From an uncultured Ruminococcus sp. (GTDB taxonomy: Bacteria > Bacillota > Clostridia > Oscillospirales > Ruminococcaceae), in the NCBI GenBank assembly GCA_964414395.1, contig CAYPWI010000001.1, positions 1 to 41,794 of the forward strand: a DNA stretch of 41,794 bases, written 5' to 3'. Under the pieces are notes generated by a model, which searched no databases, was not told the origin of the DNA, and saw nothing but the letters and a program-made list of their open reading frames with translations. A program made the translations under genes and the position numbers. Of this stretch, positions 17,370 to 26,799 are shown piece by piece (the stretch's first letter is position 1; every line of letters starts with the position of its first letter).

Positions 17370-18173
17370 TTATTCTTCCTCATCTTCCCCGGGCACCGTG
17401 ATACGGTGATCCACTTCCATGGTCGGAGCGAGTCTGCCCATCTCGTCAAACTCCATATTGATGGTAGCCTGGAGATAGCCGTCCTTGAGAGAAGAGGAGT
17501 TCATGGGGTTGTTGGCGACTACGTCATACACATAGCTGAGCGTTATAGACGCGGGGAGACCTTCCGTTCCTTTGAAGATGACGCGGAAGCTGTCGCAGTC
17601 CCTGAACGCGAACGCCGCGCCTATGCCGCCTTCAATGATGACGGGATCTATGACGTTCTTGCGCTCAATGAATTCGACTTCTATATCCCCGTCGTTATCG
17701 TCGTCTTCGGCTTCTTCATAGACGTTCTGGGCGGCGAGTATGCGCCCGTTGGGGATCGTCGCCGTCATGCTGAGGTTGCTGTAGTGGAAGTCGGGGGTGG
17801 TGGGCTCTCCGTCCTCATTGAGACCGTTGTAGACGCTGCCTGTGATGGAGAACGTGTTGGAGTCCTCCTGCGTTACGGTATATGTAAACACGGGCGCGTA
17901 GATGATGTTCTGATAGGTCGCGAGAAGCTCGGTCATCTGATCGGCGGTGATGGAACCGTTCTCGTTGCCGTTCATGGTGTTGACGATCTCGGTAAGCGTT
18001 TCCTTGGCGTTGAGCTCTGCGGTGTATATGCGCGTGATGGTCATATCAACGCCGTCCTCTTGCTTGATGTCTCCGCAGGTGATAAGATCGCGCGCGCCCA
18101 TCATGAACCAGAGGTACAGACCTATCGCCGCTATTACGAGTACGATAAGAATAATTGCTATTACAACTTTCAT
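17370..18173 (-). CDS. Hypothetical N-terminally membrane-anchored acidic protein
   Basis: MKVVIAIILIVLVIAAIGLYLWF TM anchor; AAGGAG SD overlapping upstream stop. Confidence 0.82.
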   Translation of the reverse strand: MKVVIAIILIVLVIAAIGLYLWFMMGARDLITCGDIKQEDGVDMTITRIYTAELNAKETLTEIVNTMNGNENGSITADQMTELLATYQNIIYAPVFTYTVTQEDSNTFSITGSVYNGLNEDGEPTTPDFHYSNLSMTATIPNGRILAAQNVYEEAEDDDNDGDIEVEFIERKNVIDPVIIEGGIGAAFAFRDCDSFRVIFKGTEGLPASITLSYVYDVVANNPMNSSSLKDGYLQATINMEFDEMGRLAPTMEVDHRITVPGEDEEE

Positions 18174-18182
18174 AGCCGCTCC

Positions 18183-19280
18183 TTAAATACAATAAAGATT
18201 TGTGTCCCAATCGGGGATATACGGGTGATGCCTCAAATAGAATTTGTACTTTTTATTCAGCTTCGCGATGAGAAGCGGGAGCTCGTACATATCCTCGCTT
18301 CTGTGATAGAGCGCGATGTTCAGCTTCGGCTTGAACTCGGATATCGTGTGTTCCGCGCCTCGGAGCGCCTCCCGCTCGTTGCCTTCCACGTCTATCTTGA
18401 TATAGGTTGCCGCGTTTCCTTGGAGCATGGAGTCCACCGTCATCATCTTCACCTCGCGTATGCGGGAGAGACGGCGGGGAGTTTCACCATCCTTGACGGC
18501 GCGGCTCCCTCTGCCGCCGCTGAGGCTGAACACCGCGGTGGTGTTTTCGCTCCACGCGCCGCAGTTGTAGCACTCGAAGACCGCGGGGGTGAGCATATAC
18601 AGGCGGCGTTTCAATTTCCTGTAGCTTTTGCTGTCGGGTTCCATGGCGTAGAGCTTTTTGAACTGCATGGTCGTCTCATTGAGGAATTCCACCAGCGTGT
18701 CGCCGTCGTAAGCGCCGAGATCCACATATGTCTCCTCGGTGCCGATGTTCATAAGGTCGAACTTTTCCTCGGAGGGGGACTCCGCTTCGCGCAGAAGATC
18801 GATATCTCCGCTGAGCTTATAGCGGATAACGTTCTCGAAGACCTTCTTCGACTGCTCGTCCGCCAGCATTTTATAAACGCTTTGAAGCTCCGGCTTGTGA
18901 GCGTGCGCGAAATCAAGATCAAACAGCGTATCTCCCGCCACGGGAACGCACGGCGCGAAGATATCGGGGCGTTGCTTCCTGATCTCATAGATATGCTCCA
19001 TGACCGCGGGGATCTGCGAGCCGAAGCTTACGAGAATGACAGCGTCTCCGCCGTAGTCCTTGTCGATCTCGGAGAGCGTCTTTACGCGGTGTCCGAGAAA
19101 GCTCTGCCCGCGGACGAAATCGTCGCTTGCCATGATATCCTCGACCTCCAGCCCCTTGCTTTTCAGCGCGGCTGCGACCTTTTCGGCGCCATCGCCCATG
19201 CCGTATAGCACGATGGGGCGGTTCGCGAAGCTGAGATATCCCCAGAGATCCCGGTCTATCTCATCTATAAAGAAAGACAT
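18183..19280 (-). CDS. FkbM-family SAM-dependent methyltransferase
   Basis: YVDLGAYDGDT, AMEPD, YIKIDVEGNEREALRGA, PKLNIALYH. Confidence 0.92.
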   Translation of the reverse strand: MSFFIDEIDRDLWGYLSFANRPIVLYGMGDGAEKVAAALKSKGLEVEDIMASDDFVRGQSFLGHRVKTLSEIDKDYGGDAVILVSFGSQIPAVMEHIYEIRKQRPDIFAPCVPVAGDTLFDLDFAHAHKPELQSVYKMLADEQSKKVFENVIRYKLSGDIDLLREAESPSEEKFDLMNIGTEETYVDLGAYDGDTLVEFLNETTMQFKKLYAMEPDSKSYRKLKRRLYMLTPAVFECYNCGAWSENTTAVFSLSGGRGSRAVKDGETPRRLSRIREVKMMTVDSMLQGNAATYIKIDVEGNEREALRGAEHTISEFKPKLNIALYHRSEDMYELPLLIAKLNKKYKFYLRHHPYIPDWDTNLYCI

Positions 19281-19301
19281 TGCTTTTCTCCTTCTGTGTA
19301 T

Positions 19302-20516
19302 TTATTCGAGATGGCTTTTGTTTACTTCCTCGGTGCACTCGACAAAGAGATCGGATATGTCCGAGGCTTTCAAGCCGTATTTGTTCACCAATGTGTCAAG
19401 CGTCTCCCAATCCGCTTGGGACTGAGCGAGCGTCATCTCGAAAACATCGCTGTACAATCCGCCCTTGCGCATAAGCCCGCGCTTGATGTTGTCGGTCAGC
19501 GGGAATTCGTCCAGTGCCGCGGACAGCACTTGATCGCCGCCGTATACCAGCATGGAAAGAAGTCCCATAAGGTAGAACGATTCGCAGTCGGGCGCGGCTT
19601 CGGGGATAAGCTGAGAAATGCGGCGGCAGAGCTTGGCGTTCAGCAGCGAAAAGCGCATGGCTTCGATACTGTCGTTGTTGGTTATCCTCTGCATACCCAT
19701 AAGGTAGACCCACTCGCGCAGGTAGTTCAGTCCCAAGATGATTATCGCTTGATTTATCGAGGAGACTTTGTTGGACACGCCGAAGTAGACAGAGTTGATG
19801 AGCCGCAGTATCCTCTGGCACATCGCGGAATCCTGTGAAAGTATCTCCACCACGTCGGAGATCTCGGGGTCGGGTTCGGACATCAGCCGCATAACTTCCA
19901 TGATGTTGACGGGCAGCGGCTGAACGCTGTTCCCCGACATTATGGAAGGCTTCGCGAAGTAATACCCCTGCATAAACGTGCAGCCGAGCTTTCGCGCGTA
20001 TTCAAGCTCCTCGCGGGTCTCGATCTTCTCCGCGAGCATTATTTTATTGGAATAGCGGCAGACGTAGGCGGTCTCTTCGATGGACTTTTTTGACGTGCGG
20101 AAGTCGATCTTCACGAGGTCGCCGAGCTGGAACAGTTCGCTGTAGGCGTTGGAATACTCGAAGTCGTCAAGCGCTATCGTGTAGCCGAGCTCGCGCAGCT
20201 CCTGGACGGAATCGAGCAGATCGTTGTCGGCAAGCTGGTTTTCGAGGACCTCCACTACCAGGATATCGGGCGAGATGAGCTTCGGTATCCCGCGGCGCAG
20301 GAGATTTTCCGTGAAATTGATGAACGCGCGGGCGTTGCCGATTACGTTCTTGACATTCGACCCGAAGAACGCGTTGGTGAACACGTCGGCAGTCGATTCA
20401 TCGCCCGAAACGCCGTTGTATAGGTTCTCGGTGCCGTTGCTGCGGTAGAGCAGCTCGTAGGCGTAAAGATTGTTGTCCTGATCGAAAATGGGCTGACGAG
20501 CCAGATAAACGTCCAT
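19302..20516 (-). CDS. EAL + HDOD domain protein (YuxH/PdeH-like c-di-GMP phosphodiesterase)
   Basis: ARQPI...YELLYR, AFINF, IALDDF, LAEKIET, QGYYFAKP; HDOD LRLINSVYFG...SINQAIIILG. Confidence 0.93.
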   Translation of the reverse strand: MDVYLARQPIFDQDNNLYAYELLYRSNGTENLYNGVSGDESTADVFTNAFFGSNVKNVIGNARAFINFTENLLRRGIPKLISPDILVVEVLENQLADNDLLDSVQELRELGYTIALDDFEYSNAYSELFQLGDLVKIDFRTSKKSIEETAYVCRYSNKIMLAEKIETREELEYARKLGCTFMQGYYFAKPSIMSGNSVQPLPVNIMEVMRLMSEPDPEISDVVEILSQDSAMCQRILRLINSVYFGVSNKVSSINQAIIILGLNYLREWVYLMGMQRITNNDSIEAMRFSLLNAKLCRRISQLIPEAAPDCESFYLMGLLSMLVYGGDQVLSAALDEFPLTDNIKRGLMRKGGLYSDVFEMTLAQSQADWETLDTLVNKYGLKASDISDLFVECTEEVNKSHLE

Positions 20517-20585
20517 ATGCTGCTCTCCTTTTTACAACTCGGCTGATACTTTACCGCTCGGCAAAAGAGCGGCTATATATTATTT

Positions 20586-20614
20586 ATTATACAATATTTC
20601 CGCGGTTTTTTCAA
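20586..20614 (-). promoter_or_regulatory. Sigma-A promoter of EAL/HDOD operon
   Basis: Minus strand TTGAAA-17-TATAAT. Confidence 0.75.
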
Positions 20615-20711
20615 GTCATCTGCAGATCCTTTTCCCGATAATGGATTTTTTTGTGGATATTTCACAAAAAATGGCGGGGGATTTTATAAGTCGTTGAAGC
20701 GCGGGAAAGCA

Positions 20712-20920
20712 AAGAAGGGACTGCACAAAAACAGTCCCCGGTCCGTGGATAAACTCCGATTTCTAAGCTAAACGGAGGTTTGTTCGTTCGGTCAGATATA
20801 ACCTACAGTCCCGCAGCAGACCCTTGTCAGCCAACGGACGGCTTACGCCGCCGAAGGACAAAAATCCCTGTCCGCGCTCGGAAGACAAAAGTCCGTTCGC
20901 GCTCGGAAGACAAAAAACCT
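20712..20920. repeat. Structured intergenic tract (hairpins plus 25-bp-period direct repeats)
   Basis: GGGACTG/CAGTCCC hairpin; AAACTCCG/CGGAGGTTT hairpin; CGCGCTCGGAAGACAAAA at 20873 and 20898. Confidence 0.6.
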
Positions 20921-20939
20921 CGTCCTCGCCCGGCTAATA

Positions 20940-20966
20940 AAAAAGAGGGCTGTTTTTTACAGCCCC
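20940..20966 (-). terminator. Terminator after M23 gene (GGGCTGT/ACAGCCC family)
   Basis: Stem 20947-20965 with T-run on minus strand. Confidence 0.75.
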
Positions 20967-20977
20967 CGAAACCTTTG

Positions 20978-21670
20978 TTATTTGTCAATGACCGACATAG
21001 GGTCTACCCATTTGCCGCCCTTCTTCACTGCGAGATGCAGATGCGGCTGCTGTAACATCTCCGCTTGGTTCGTATCGCCCGTCTTGCCTATGATCTCGCC
21101 TTGCTTTACCGCCGCGCCGGCTTTGACGTTCAGATCCTTATCGAGCCCGCAATATTGGACCTCAAGCCCGTTTGACTGTTCGACCGTGACGCAGACTCCC
21201 CAGATAGACGAGCTGTCTATCATCTTGACTACGCCTTCGGACATGGATTTTACGTCCGTGCCGATATCACAGAGGATATCGCAGCCGTCGTGCGTCTTCC
21301 ACACGCCCAGCGTTTCGGACTTCACCATCTCGCCGTTGCTGAACGGGTGGGAGACCTCTCCCTCGACGGGCATGATATTGCCGACTTCGACGGTTATCGG
21401 TTTGTTGGCTTCCACATCGGAATTCGGATCCTTCGAGGAGCTTTGCGGTTTGGAGCTTCCCTTGGGAACGTTGGAGACGGGGTTATTTACGGGAACCTCC
21501 GATTTTGCCGATGAGCTGTAGGTACTCTGACCGCTCGTTTCTGTCGGGATGAGGTCATGGGACGTCGCGCGGTATGCCGCGAACAGCGCCACGGCGACCG
21601 CAGCCGCCCCCAGCGCCGACGCCGCGCCTATCAGCTTTGCGTTTTGCTTTTCGTTTCTTCTTTTCTTCAT
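20978..21670 (-). CDS. Membrane-anchored M23/LytM peptidase, probable SpoIIQ orthologue
   Basis: Basic N-terminus plus TM, S/P linker, TLGVWKTHDGCDI (HxxxD) and PHLHL motifs. Confidence 0.85.
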   Translation of the reverse strand: MKKRRNEKQNAKLIGAASALGAAAVAVALFAAYRATSHDLIPTETSGQSTYSSSAKSEVPVNNPVSNVPKGSSKPQSSSKDPNSDVEANKPITVEVGNIMPVEGEVSHPFSNGEMVKSETLGVWKTHDGCDILCDIGTDVKSMSEGVVKMIDSSSIWGVCVTVEQSNGLEVQYCGLDKDLNVKAGAAVKQGEIIGKTGDTNQAEMLQQPHLHLAVKKGGKWVDPMSVIDK

Positions 21671-21724
21671 GATGCACTATCCTTTCATTTGAAAAAGTGT
21701 ATTCGTGTGCTGCGGGGATATTGG

Positions 21725-21753
21725 TAGTTTTGCCCAAAATCGCGGTATTATAC
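21725..21753 (-). promoter_or_regulatory. Possible sigma-F/G-type forespore promoter
   Basis: Minus strand GTATA-N14-GGCAAAACTA; spacer one base shorter than the usual 15. Confidence 0.5.
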
Positions 21754-21893
21754 ACTTTTTCCCAAATGAAAAGAGCTTTTTTCAATTCGGATCCCGTCAA
21801 GAATATTATGGTCTTTTTGTTGCGTTTTGGTGCGTGAAATTGTAGAATATTAACAAAAAGCTCGACATATCCCGGTCAAAACCCGAGAAGCTG

Positions 21894-21922
21894 TTGACTT
21901 TTTTTAATATTTCTGATATAAT
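21894..21922 (+). promoter_or_regulatory. Sigma-A promoter (extended -10)
   Basis: TTGACT-17-TATAAT with TG. Confidence 0.75.
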
Positions 21923-22010
21923 AGATATAGGAATTATATACAAATTTTATTGTTGTGATAACGTTTTCATTGCACAATATATAGAAAAGGCGCAGCGGGG
22001 AGGGTTCGGT

Positions 22011-23951
22011 GTGATCAAAAACGTATCTTTTGATATAGCAGGTCTTATCATCTTGCTTATAATGATCTTTTCGGTGATCTTGCGCAAGATGACCAAGGGC
22101 AGAGCGAACCGCCTTTTCCTGTTCGCTATGATGTGCGCGGTGCTCGCGTGTTCGTTTGATATCATCGCGACCTTCATTGACTATCTGGATCCTACGAATA
22201 CCGCTGCTGTCTATATCTCACATACCGGATACCTGCTGTTCCACAATATGCAGGCTCCGCTTCACCTGCTGTTTATCGTGTTCCTGACGGATACCTGGCA
22301 TAAGGTGAGGAAGAATATCCCGCTTATCGTGGTGCTTTTCGTGCCGTATTCGCTGACGGTTCTTCTGCTGCTGACAAACCCGCTGACTAAGATGCTGTTT
22401 GTCGTGACCGAGAACGGATATGCCCACTCGTGGGGTTTTTACGCGCTTTATTTGCTGATAATCCCGTCGGTGTTCTTCGATTCCATTTATGTATTGAAAT
22501 ACCGCAGGCAGCTCGGACTTCGCAAGGTGCTGGCGCTGTTCTCCATGGTGGTCTTCCTGATCATCGCCATGACGCTTCACTTGGTTTTCCCGGAACAGCG
22601 TCTGGAGTGCTTCGCCGTCGCCGCCGCATCTCTTGTGGTGAGCGTCACCATTCAGCGCCCCGAGGACTTTATAGATTCGTTTACGGGACTGTATAAGCAC
22701 AGCGCTTACGCGCACGACCTCAGACGCACGTTCAAGAACGGGAAGCACGTCCATATTATAATGCTGAATATCGGCAACTATACCGCCATTCAAAATATGA
22801 TAGGCTATGAGAAGTCGCTTGATCTGCTCAAGCGCGTCGCCGAGCAGATAGAGACGATCACCGCCGAAAATAACGCGCCGTGTGAGATCTATTATCTGGA
22901 CAGAGGACGCTACCGCGTGGTGTTTGACGAACGTCACCGCCGCGACGCGGAGGTCTGCGCTCAGCAGATAGTGGACGATCTGAGAGAACGCTCGCGGTTC
23001 AACGGGTTTGATATCACGCTTTCGCCGTGCGTCGTTCTGGCGCGGTGTCCCGAGGAGATCGAGAGCTTCAAGTCCCTGATGGCGTTCGGTATGGACTTCC
23101 ACGAGAAGCACAGCTTCAGCGTGCGCTATGTGGAAGCCTGCGATGTATATGATCCCGACGAGTTCGCTATTCAGAACAACATCGATTCTATCATTGAACG
23201 CGCTTTGGAGAACAACAGCTTCCAGGTGTACTATCAGCCGATCTATTCCGTAGAGAGCGGAAGGTTCGCCTCCGCCGAAGCGCTGATACGGCTTTATGAC
23301 GACGAACATGGCTTTATCTCCCCCGAGATACTCATTCCCGCGGCGGAGAGGAGCGGCGCTATACACAAGATAGGCGCGTTCGTCTTTGAAGAGGTCTGCA
23401 AGTTCATTTCGAGCGAGGATTACAAGAAGCTCGGACTGGATTACATAGAGGTAAATCTTTCTGTGGCACAGTGTATGCACGGCGACCTTGCCGATCAGAT
23501 CCTCGATACCATGCGCCGCTATGATGTCAGCGCCGACAGCATAAATCTCGAGATCACCGAGACCGCCGCCTCTTACGCGCAGCGCGTTATGCAGGAGAAT
23601 TTGAACAAGCTCTCCCGCGCGGGGCTGTCGTTCTCGCTCGACGATTATGGAACGGGCTATTCCAATATGAAGCGCGTTATCTCGCTGCCGCTTAAGATCG
23701 TAAAGCTGGATAAGTCCTTCGTGGACGATCAGCACAATCCCAAGATGTGGATCTTCTTGCAGAACACGGTCAAGATGCTCAAGGATATGAAGATCGAGAT
23801 CGTTGTCGAGGGCATTGAGACCAAAGAGATGGTGGACGCGTTCTCAAATCTGAAATGCGACTTCATTCAGGGCTATTTCTTCTCTAAGCCCATCAATAAG
23901 GACGATTTTGTAAAGTTTATTTCCTCGTACTTATCGTTGGAAGAAAACTAA
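22011..23951 (+). CDS. Multi-TM sensor with degenerate GGDEF and intact EAL domain (c-di-GMP phosphodiesterase)
   Basis: ~7 hydrophobic helices; DSFTGLY; GGDEF position reads DRGRY; YQPI...AEALIRL, LDDYGTGYSN, KLDKSF, QGYFFSKP; GGGAGGG SD before GTG 22011. Confidence 0.92.
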   Translation: MIKNVSFDIAGLIILLIMIFSVILRKMTKGRANRLFLFAMMCAVLACSFDIIATFIDYLDPTNTAAVYISHTGYLLFHNMQAPLHLLFIVFLTDTWHKVRKNIPLIVVLFVPYSLTVLLLLTNPLTKMLFVVTENGYAHSWGFYALYLLIIPSVFFDSIYVLKYRRQLGLRKVLALFSMVVFLIIAMTLHLVFPEQRLECFAVAAASLVVSVTIQRPEDFIDSFTGLYKHSAYAHDLRRTFKNGKHVHIIMLNIGNYTAIQNMIGYEKSLDLLKRVAEQIETITAENNAPCEIYYLDRGRYRVVFDERHRRDAEVCAQQIVDDLRERSRFNGFDITLSPCVVLARCPEEIESFKSLMAFGMDFHEKHSFSVRYVEACDVYDPDEFAIQNNIDSIIERALENNSFQVYYQPIYSVESGRFASAEALIRLYDDEHGFISPEILIPAAERSGAIHKIGAFVFEEVCKFISSEDYKKLGLDYIEVNLSVAQCMHGDLADQILDTMRRYDVSADSINLEITETAASYAQRVMQENLNKLSRAGLSFSLDDYGTGYSNMKRVISLPLKIVKLDKSFVDDQHNPKMWIFLQNTVKMLKDMKIEIVVEGIETKEMVDAFSNLKCDFIQGYFFSKPINKDDFVKFISSYLSLEEN

Positions 23952-23967
23952 AAAGAACAAAATTAAA

Positions 23968-24140
23968 CCATAACTTTCAGTAATGCAAGTAATAGTCGAG
24001 CCAAAAAGCTCTTTGCAGAGCCGATTTTGCTGATTTTATATGCTGGCTGTATATTACGTGTTAAGTTATATCATCAACAAAAAGCTTGACCTGAATAAAG
24101 GAATTGATTGCTGTATTACTTAAATTGTCGAAAGTTACGG
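23968..24140. mobile_element. 173-bp non-autonomous MITE with 27-bp imperfect TIRs and 6-bp target-site duplication
   Basis: Left CCATAACTTTCAGTAATGCAAGTAATA versus reverse complement of right CCGTAACTTTCGACAATTTAAGTAATA (21/27); ATTAAA directly flanks both ends (23962-67, 24141-46). Confidence 0.85.
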
Positions 24141-24145
24141 ATTAA

Positions 24146-24176
24146 AGGGGCTGTTTTTATACAGCCCCTGATTTTT
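24146..24176 (+). terminator. Terminator (GGGCTGT/ACAGCCC family)
   Basis: AGGGGCTGT...ACAGCCCCT then GATTTTT. Confidence 0.7.
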
Positions 24177-24316
24177 ATGCAGTTTGTTTTAAAGAAGCGG
24201 CAACGCTTTTTATATTTTTCAGATCTCGCTCAGTCTATCCCGCTCCGAGACGCGAGACCCGAAAGCTCTGTATTACGATCGGGATCGGCGGACTTGGATA
24301 TTCGCGATCTGTGCGG

Positions 24317-26656
24317 TCAGTTCTTCTTTATCGCTGCTTTCAGCTCCGCGTCTATCGCGTTCCAATAATCCCAGATCTTCTGCTGCTCCGCTTCGTGATC
24401 ACCGGAGCAGAACTTCGGAACGTTGCTCGGGCGGTAATAGCCGATGTCGGTAGAGGTGCAGGAAGCCGACGCGAGCAGACCCGTTTCTGTGCAGTAGCTG
24501 CGCTCGAGAACGGTGGGATCGGGAATGAAATTCCTCGGCGAGGAATAATCGTCCATATCTATCATCACATCGTGCCAGATCTGAGGACAATATCTTACCT
24601 TGCTGTAGTCCTCGACCGCAGATCCGTCGTCGCAGCCTATCCAGACCACGCCCACATAATTCGGCGTCAGCCCGACGAACAGCAGGTTCTTCTTGTCGTT
24701 TGAGGTACCGGTCTTTCCTATGACTTCCGTGTTGGGGAGCTTCGCGTAGGGACCGAGGTTATTGTTGGTCGGAGCGGTGATAACAGTTTTCATCATGCGG
24801 TTGACTACCCACGCGGTGTCGGAGTCTATCGCCTGGTTGCCGTAGTAGTCCTGTTCGAGAATAACTTCGCCTCTGCTGTCGAGCACGCGGCTGTAGAGCT
24901 TGGGCTTGTAGTGTATGCCGCCGTTGCCCATGGTCTGATATGCCGCCGCCAGCTCGATCATCTTAACACCGTCGTACAGACCGCCGAGCGTCAGCGGGGA
25001 GAGGTTCATGTCGTTATCGGGGTTCAGGGTAGTTATGCCCATATTCTGAGCGAGATGGTTATACAACGCCTCGGGGGTGATCTGCGTCGCTATTCTGATA
25101 GGAACGGTGTTCCTCGAATAACGCACCGCCTCCCAACAGCGGTACAGTTCGTTGGTAAATCCGCCGCCGTAGTTTTCAGGCCACAAAGTGTCTCGGAAGT
25201 TTACCGGGATACCCCTATCCGGGACAAGCTGCGAATAGGTGATGAAGTTGGTCTGAACTCCCAGCGCATACGGCGAAATGGGCTTCATGGTGGAACCCGG
25301 GGCGCGTGTTGCCATTGTCGCGCGGTTGAACGCGTTGTCGCCGCCCTTCTCGCCGAGCCCGCCCGCTATGGCTCTCACCGTGCCGTTATAGTCCATCAGA
25401 ACGAACGCCGACTGCGCCAGCTGTTCCGCGGGAGTATTCTTGTCATAGTATTTGGCTACCAGGTATGGATTAAGGTATTTTTCTTCAAGAATCGCTTGTC
25501 TTTCCATATCCATATTGGTGTAGATCTTGAAGCCGCCGTTGTAGATCTCGCCGCGGGCGGTCTCGAATTCGATCCCCTTGAGATCGGCATAATCCTCTAT
25601 TACCTGACGGATCGCCGCGTCGGTATACCAGTTCTGAGATACCTCATAGGTGCCCTCGTTCCACTTATATGCCTCATAGGGAACATCTTCCTCGGTCGTG
25701 TCGTCATCCTCTTCGCTGTCATCGGTGGATATAGAGCGCGGGTCGATATAACCGAACGCGTCTCCGTATACCACAGGCACGAACTTCACCTGCTCGACCT
25801 TGGCTTCCTCATATTCCTTAAGGCTGATGTAGCCCTGCTCGTACATCGCGTAGAGCGCTACCATCTGGTTTTCCTTACATTTATCGAGATCGCCGTTGGG
25901 ACGGTTGTGGGTGGGGTTCTTGATGATACCCGCGAGGATAGCGCCCTCTGCGATATCAACGTCCGCGGCGCTCTTTCCGAAGTACCCCTGCGCGGCGGCT
26001 TCCACGCCGTAGAACATTCCGCCGAACCACACCTTATTGAGATAGTGTTCGAGGATCACTTCCTTGGTGTAATGCTCCTCTAGCGACTGCGCGCGGAATA
26101 TCTCGCGCAGCTTGCGTTCCCATGAGCGCTCGTCGTCGCCCGTGACGTTCTTTATCAGCTGCTGGGTTATGGTCGAGCCGCCCTCGCCCGCGCGCGGACC
26201 CTTTATCGCGTCCTGAATGAGCGCGAAGACGGTCCTGCGCCAGTCAACGCCCTCGTGTTCCCAGAAGCGCTGGTCTTCCTTGGCGACAACGGCGTTTATT
26301 ATGTTCTTGGATATATCCTCATAGTCCACCCAAATGCGATTTTCCACATTGGCAAGGCGCTTGAGCTCGACCTCCTGCCCCTCCGCGTCGTAAGCATAGA
26401 CCATAGTCGTGAACTTGGTCTCGGCTTCTCTGAGGTCGATGTCGAAGCTGTTGGTCTTGGCAAAGTCGAGGACATACACGACAACGACCGTCGCCACGAT
26501 GCAGAGCATTATTACCACGATCAGCAGCATTGACGAAATGGTCGTGCCGACAACGGTCAGCGCGTTGCCGATATTGCGCCAAACCTTATCGTTTTTCTTC
26601 TTGGGCTTTGGCGGCTTGTCATCTTTGATTTTAATGTAATGAAATTTTTTGTTCAT
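24317..26656 (-). CDS. Class A penicillin-binding protein (PBP1A-like transglycosylase/transpeptidase)
   Basis: EDQRFWEHEGVD, GGSTITQQL, RKLRE transglycosylase motifs; STMK, SRN, KTGT transpeptidase motifs; N-terminal TM. Confidence 0.96.
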   Translation of the reverse strand: MNKKFHYIKIKDDKPPKPKKKNDKVWRNIGNALTVVGTTISSMLLIVVIMLCIVATVVVVYVLDFAKTNSFDIDLREAETKFTTMVYAYDAEGQEVELKRLANVENRIWVDYEDISKNIINAVVAKEDQRFWEHEGVDWRRTVFALIQDAIKGPRAGEGGSTITQQLIKNVTGDDERSWERKLREIFRAQSLEEHYTKEVILEHYLNKVWFGGMFYGVEAAAQGYFGKSAADVDIAEGAILAGIIKNPTHNRPNGDLDKCKENQMVALYAMYEQGYISLKEYEEAKVEQVKFVPVVYGDAFGYIDPRSISTDDSEEDDDTTEEDVPYEAYKWNEGTYEVSQNWYTDAAIRQVIEDYADLKGIEFETARGEIYNGGFKIYTNMDMERQAILEEKYLNPYLVAKYYDKNTPAEQLAQSAFVLMDYNGTVRAIAGGLGEKGGDNAFNRATMATRAPGSTMKPISPYALGVQTNFITYSQLVPDRGIPVNFRDTLWPENYGGGFTNELYRCWEAVRYSRNTVPIRIATQITPEALYNHLAQNMGITTLNPDNDMNLSPLTLGGLYDGVKMIELAAAYQTMGNGGIHYKPKLYSRVLDSRGEVILEQDYYGNQAIDSDTAWVVNRMMKTVITAPTNNNLGPYAKLPNTEVIGKTGTSNDKKNLLFVGLTPNYVGVVWIGCDDGSAVEDYSKVRYCPQIWHDVMIDMDDYSSPRNFIPDPTVLERSYCTETGLLASASCTSTDIGYYRPSNVPKFCSGDHEAEQQKIWDYWNAIDAELKAAIKKN

Positions 26657-26719
26657 GATATATCACCGTATAAAAATAAACACTATAGGCTTTTTCGGGG
26701 ATAATGCCCCGCTCTTATT

Positions 26720-26796
26720 TTTAACTTCTTACTTCTAACATCTTACCTCTTACCTCTTACCTCTTACCTCTTACCTCTTACCTCTTACCTCTTACC
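26720..26796. repeat. Heptamer microsatellite (TCTTACC)8 plus ~3 degenerate units
   Basis: Eight perfect copies at 26741-26796. Confidence 0.97.
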
Positions 26797-26799
26797 TCT

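Noticed and set aside
17406-19208. 600-aa plus-strand ORF
   Set aside because: Antisense shadow of two well-supported minus-strand genes; no motifs; expected with GC-rich third positions
20700-20860. c-di-GMP or c-di-AMP riboswitch upstream of the EAL-HDOD gene
   Set aside because: Consensus motifs not found by eye, and the gene's own promoter (20586-20614) lies downstream of this tract
20850-20915. Possible mini-CRISPR from 18-bp direct repeats
   Set aside because: Only two exact copies with a 7-nt gap, far too short for spacers
24221-24310. Weak inverted repeat downstream of the PBP gene
   Set aside because: Pairing is short and interrupted; cannot distinguish from chance without folding statistics
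24108-24368. Short intergenic ORFs (also 20780-21055, 27605-27790, 32777-32986, 33760-33987)
   Set aside because: Run through repeats or terminators, lack convincing coding features
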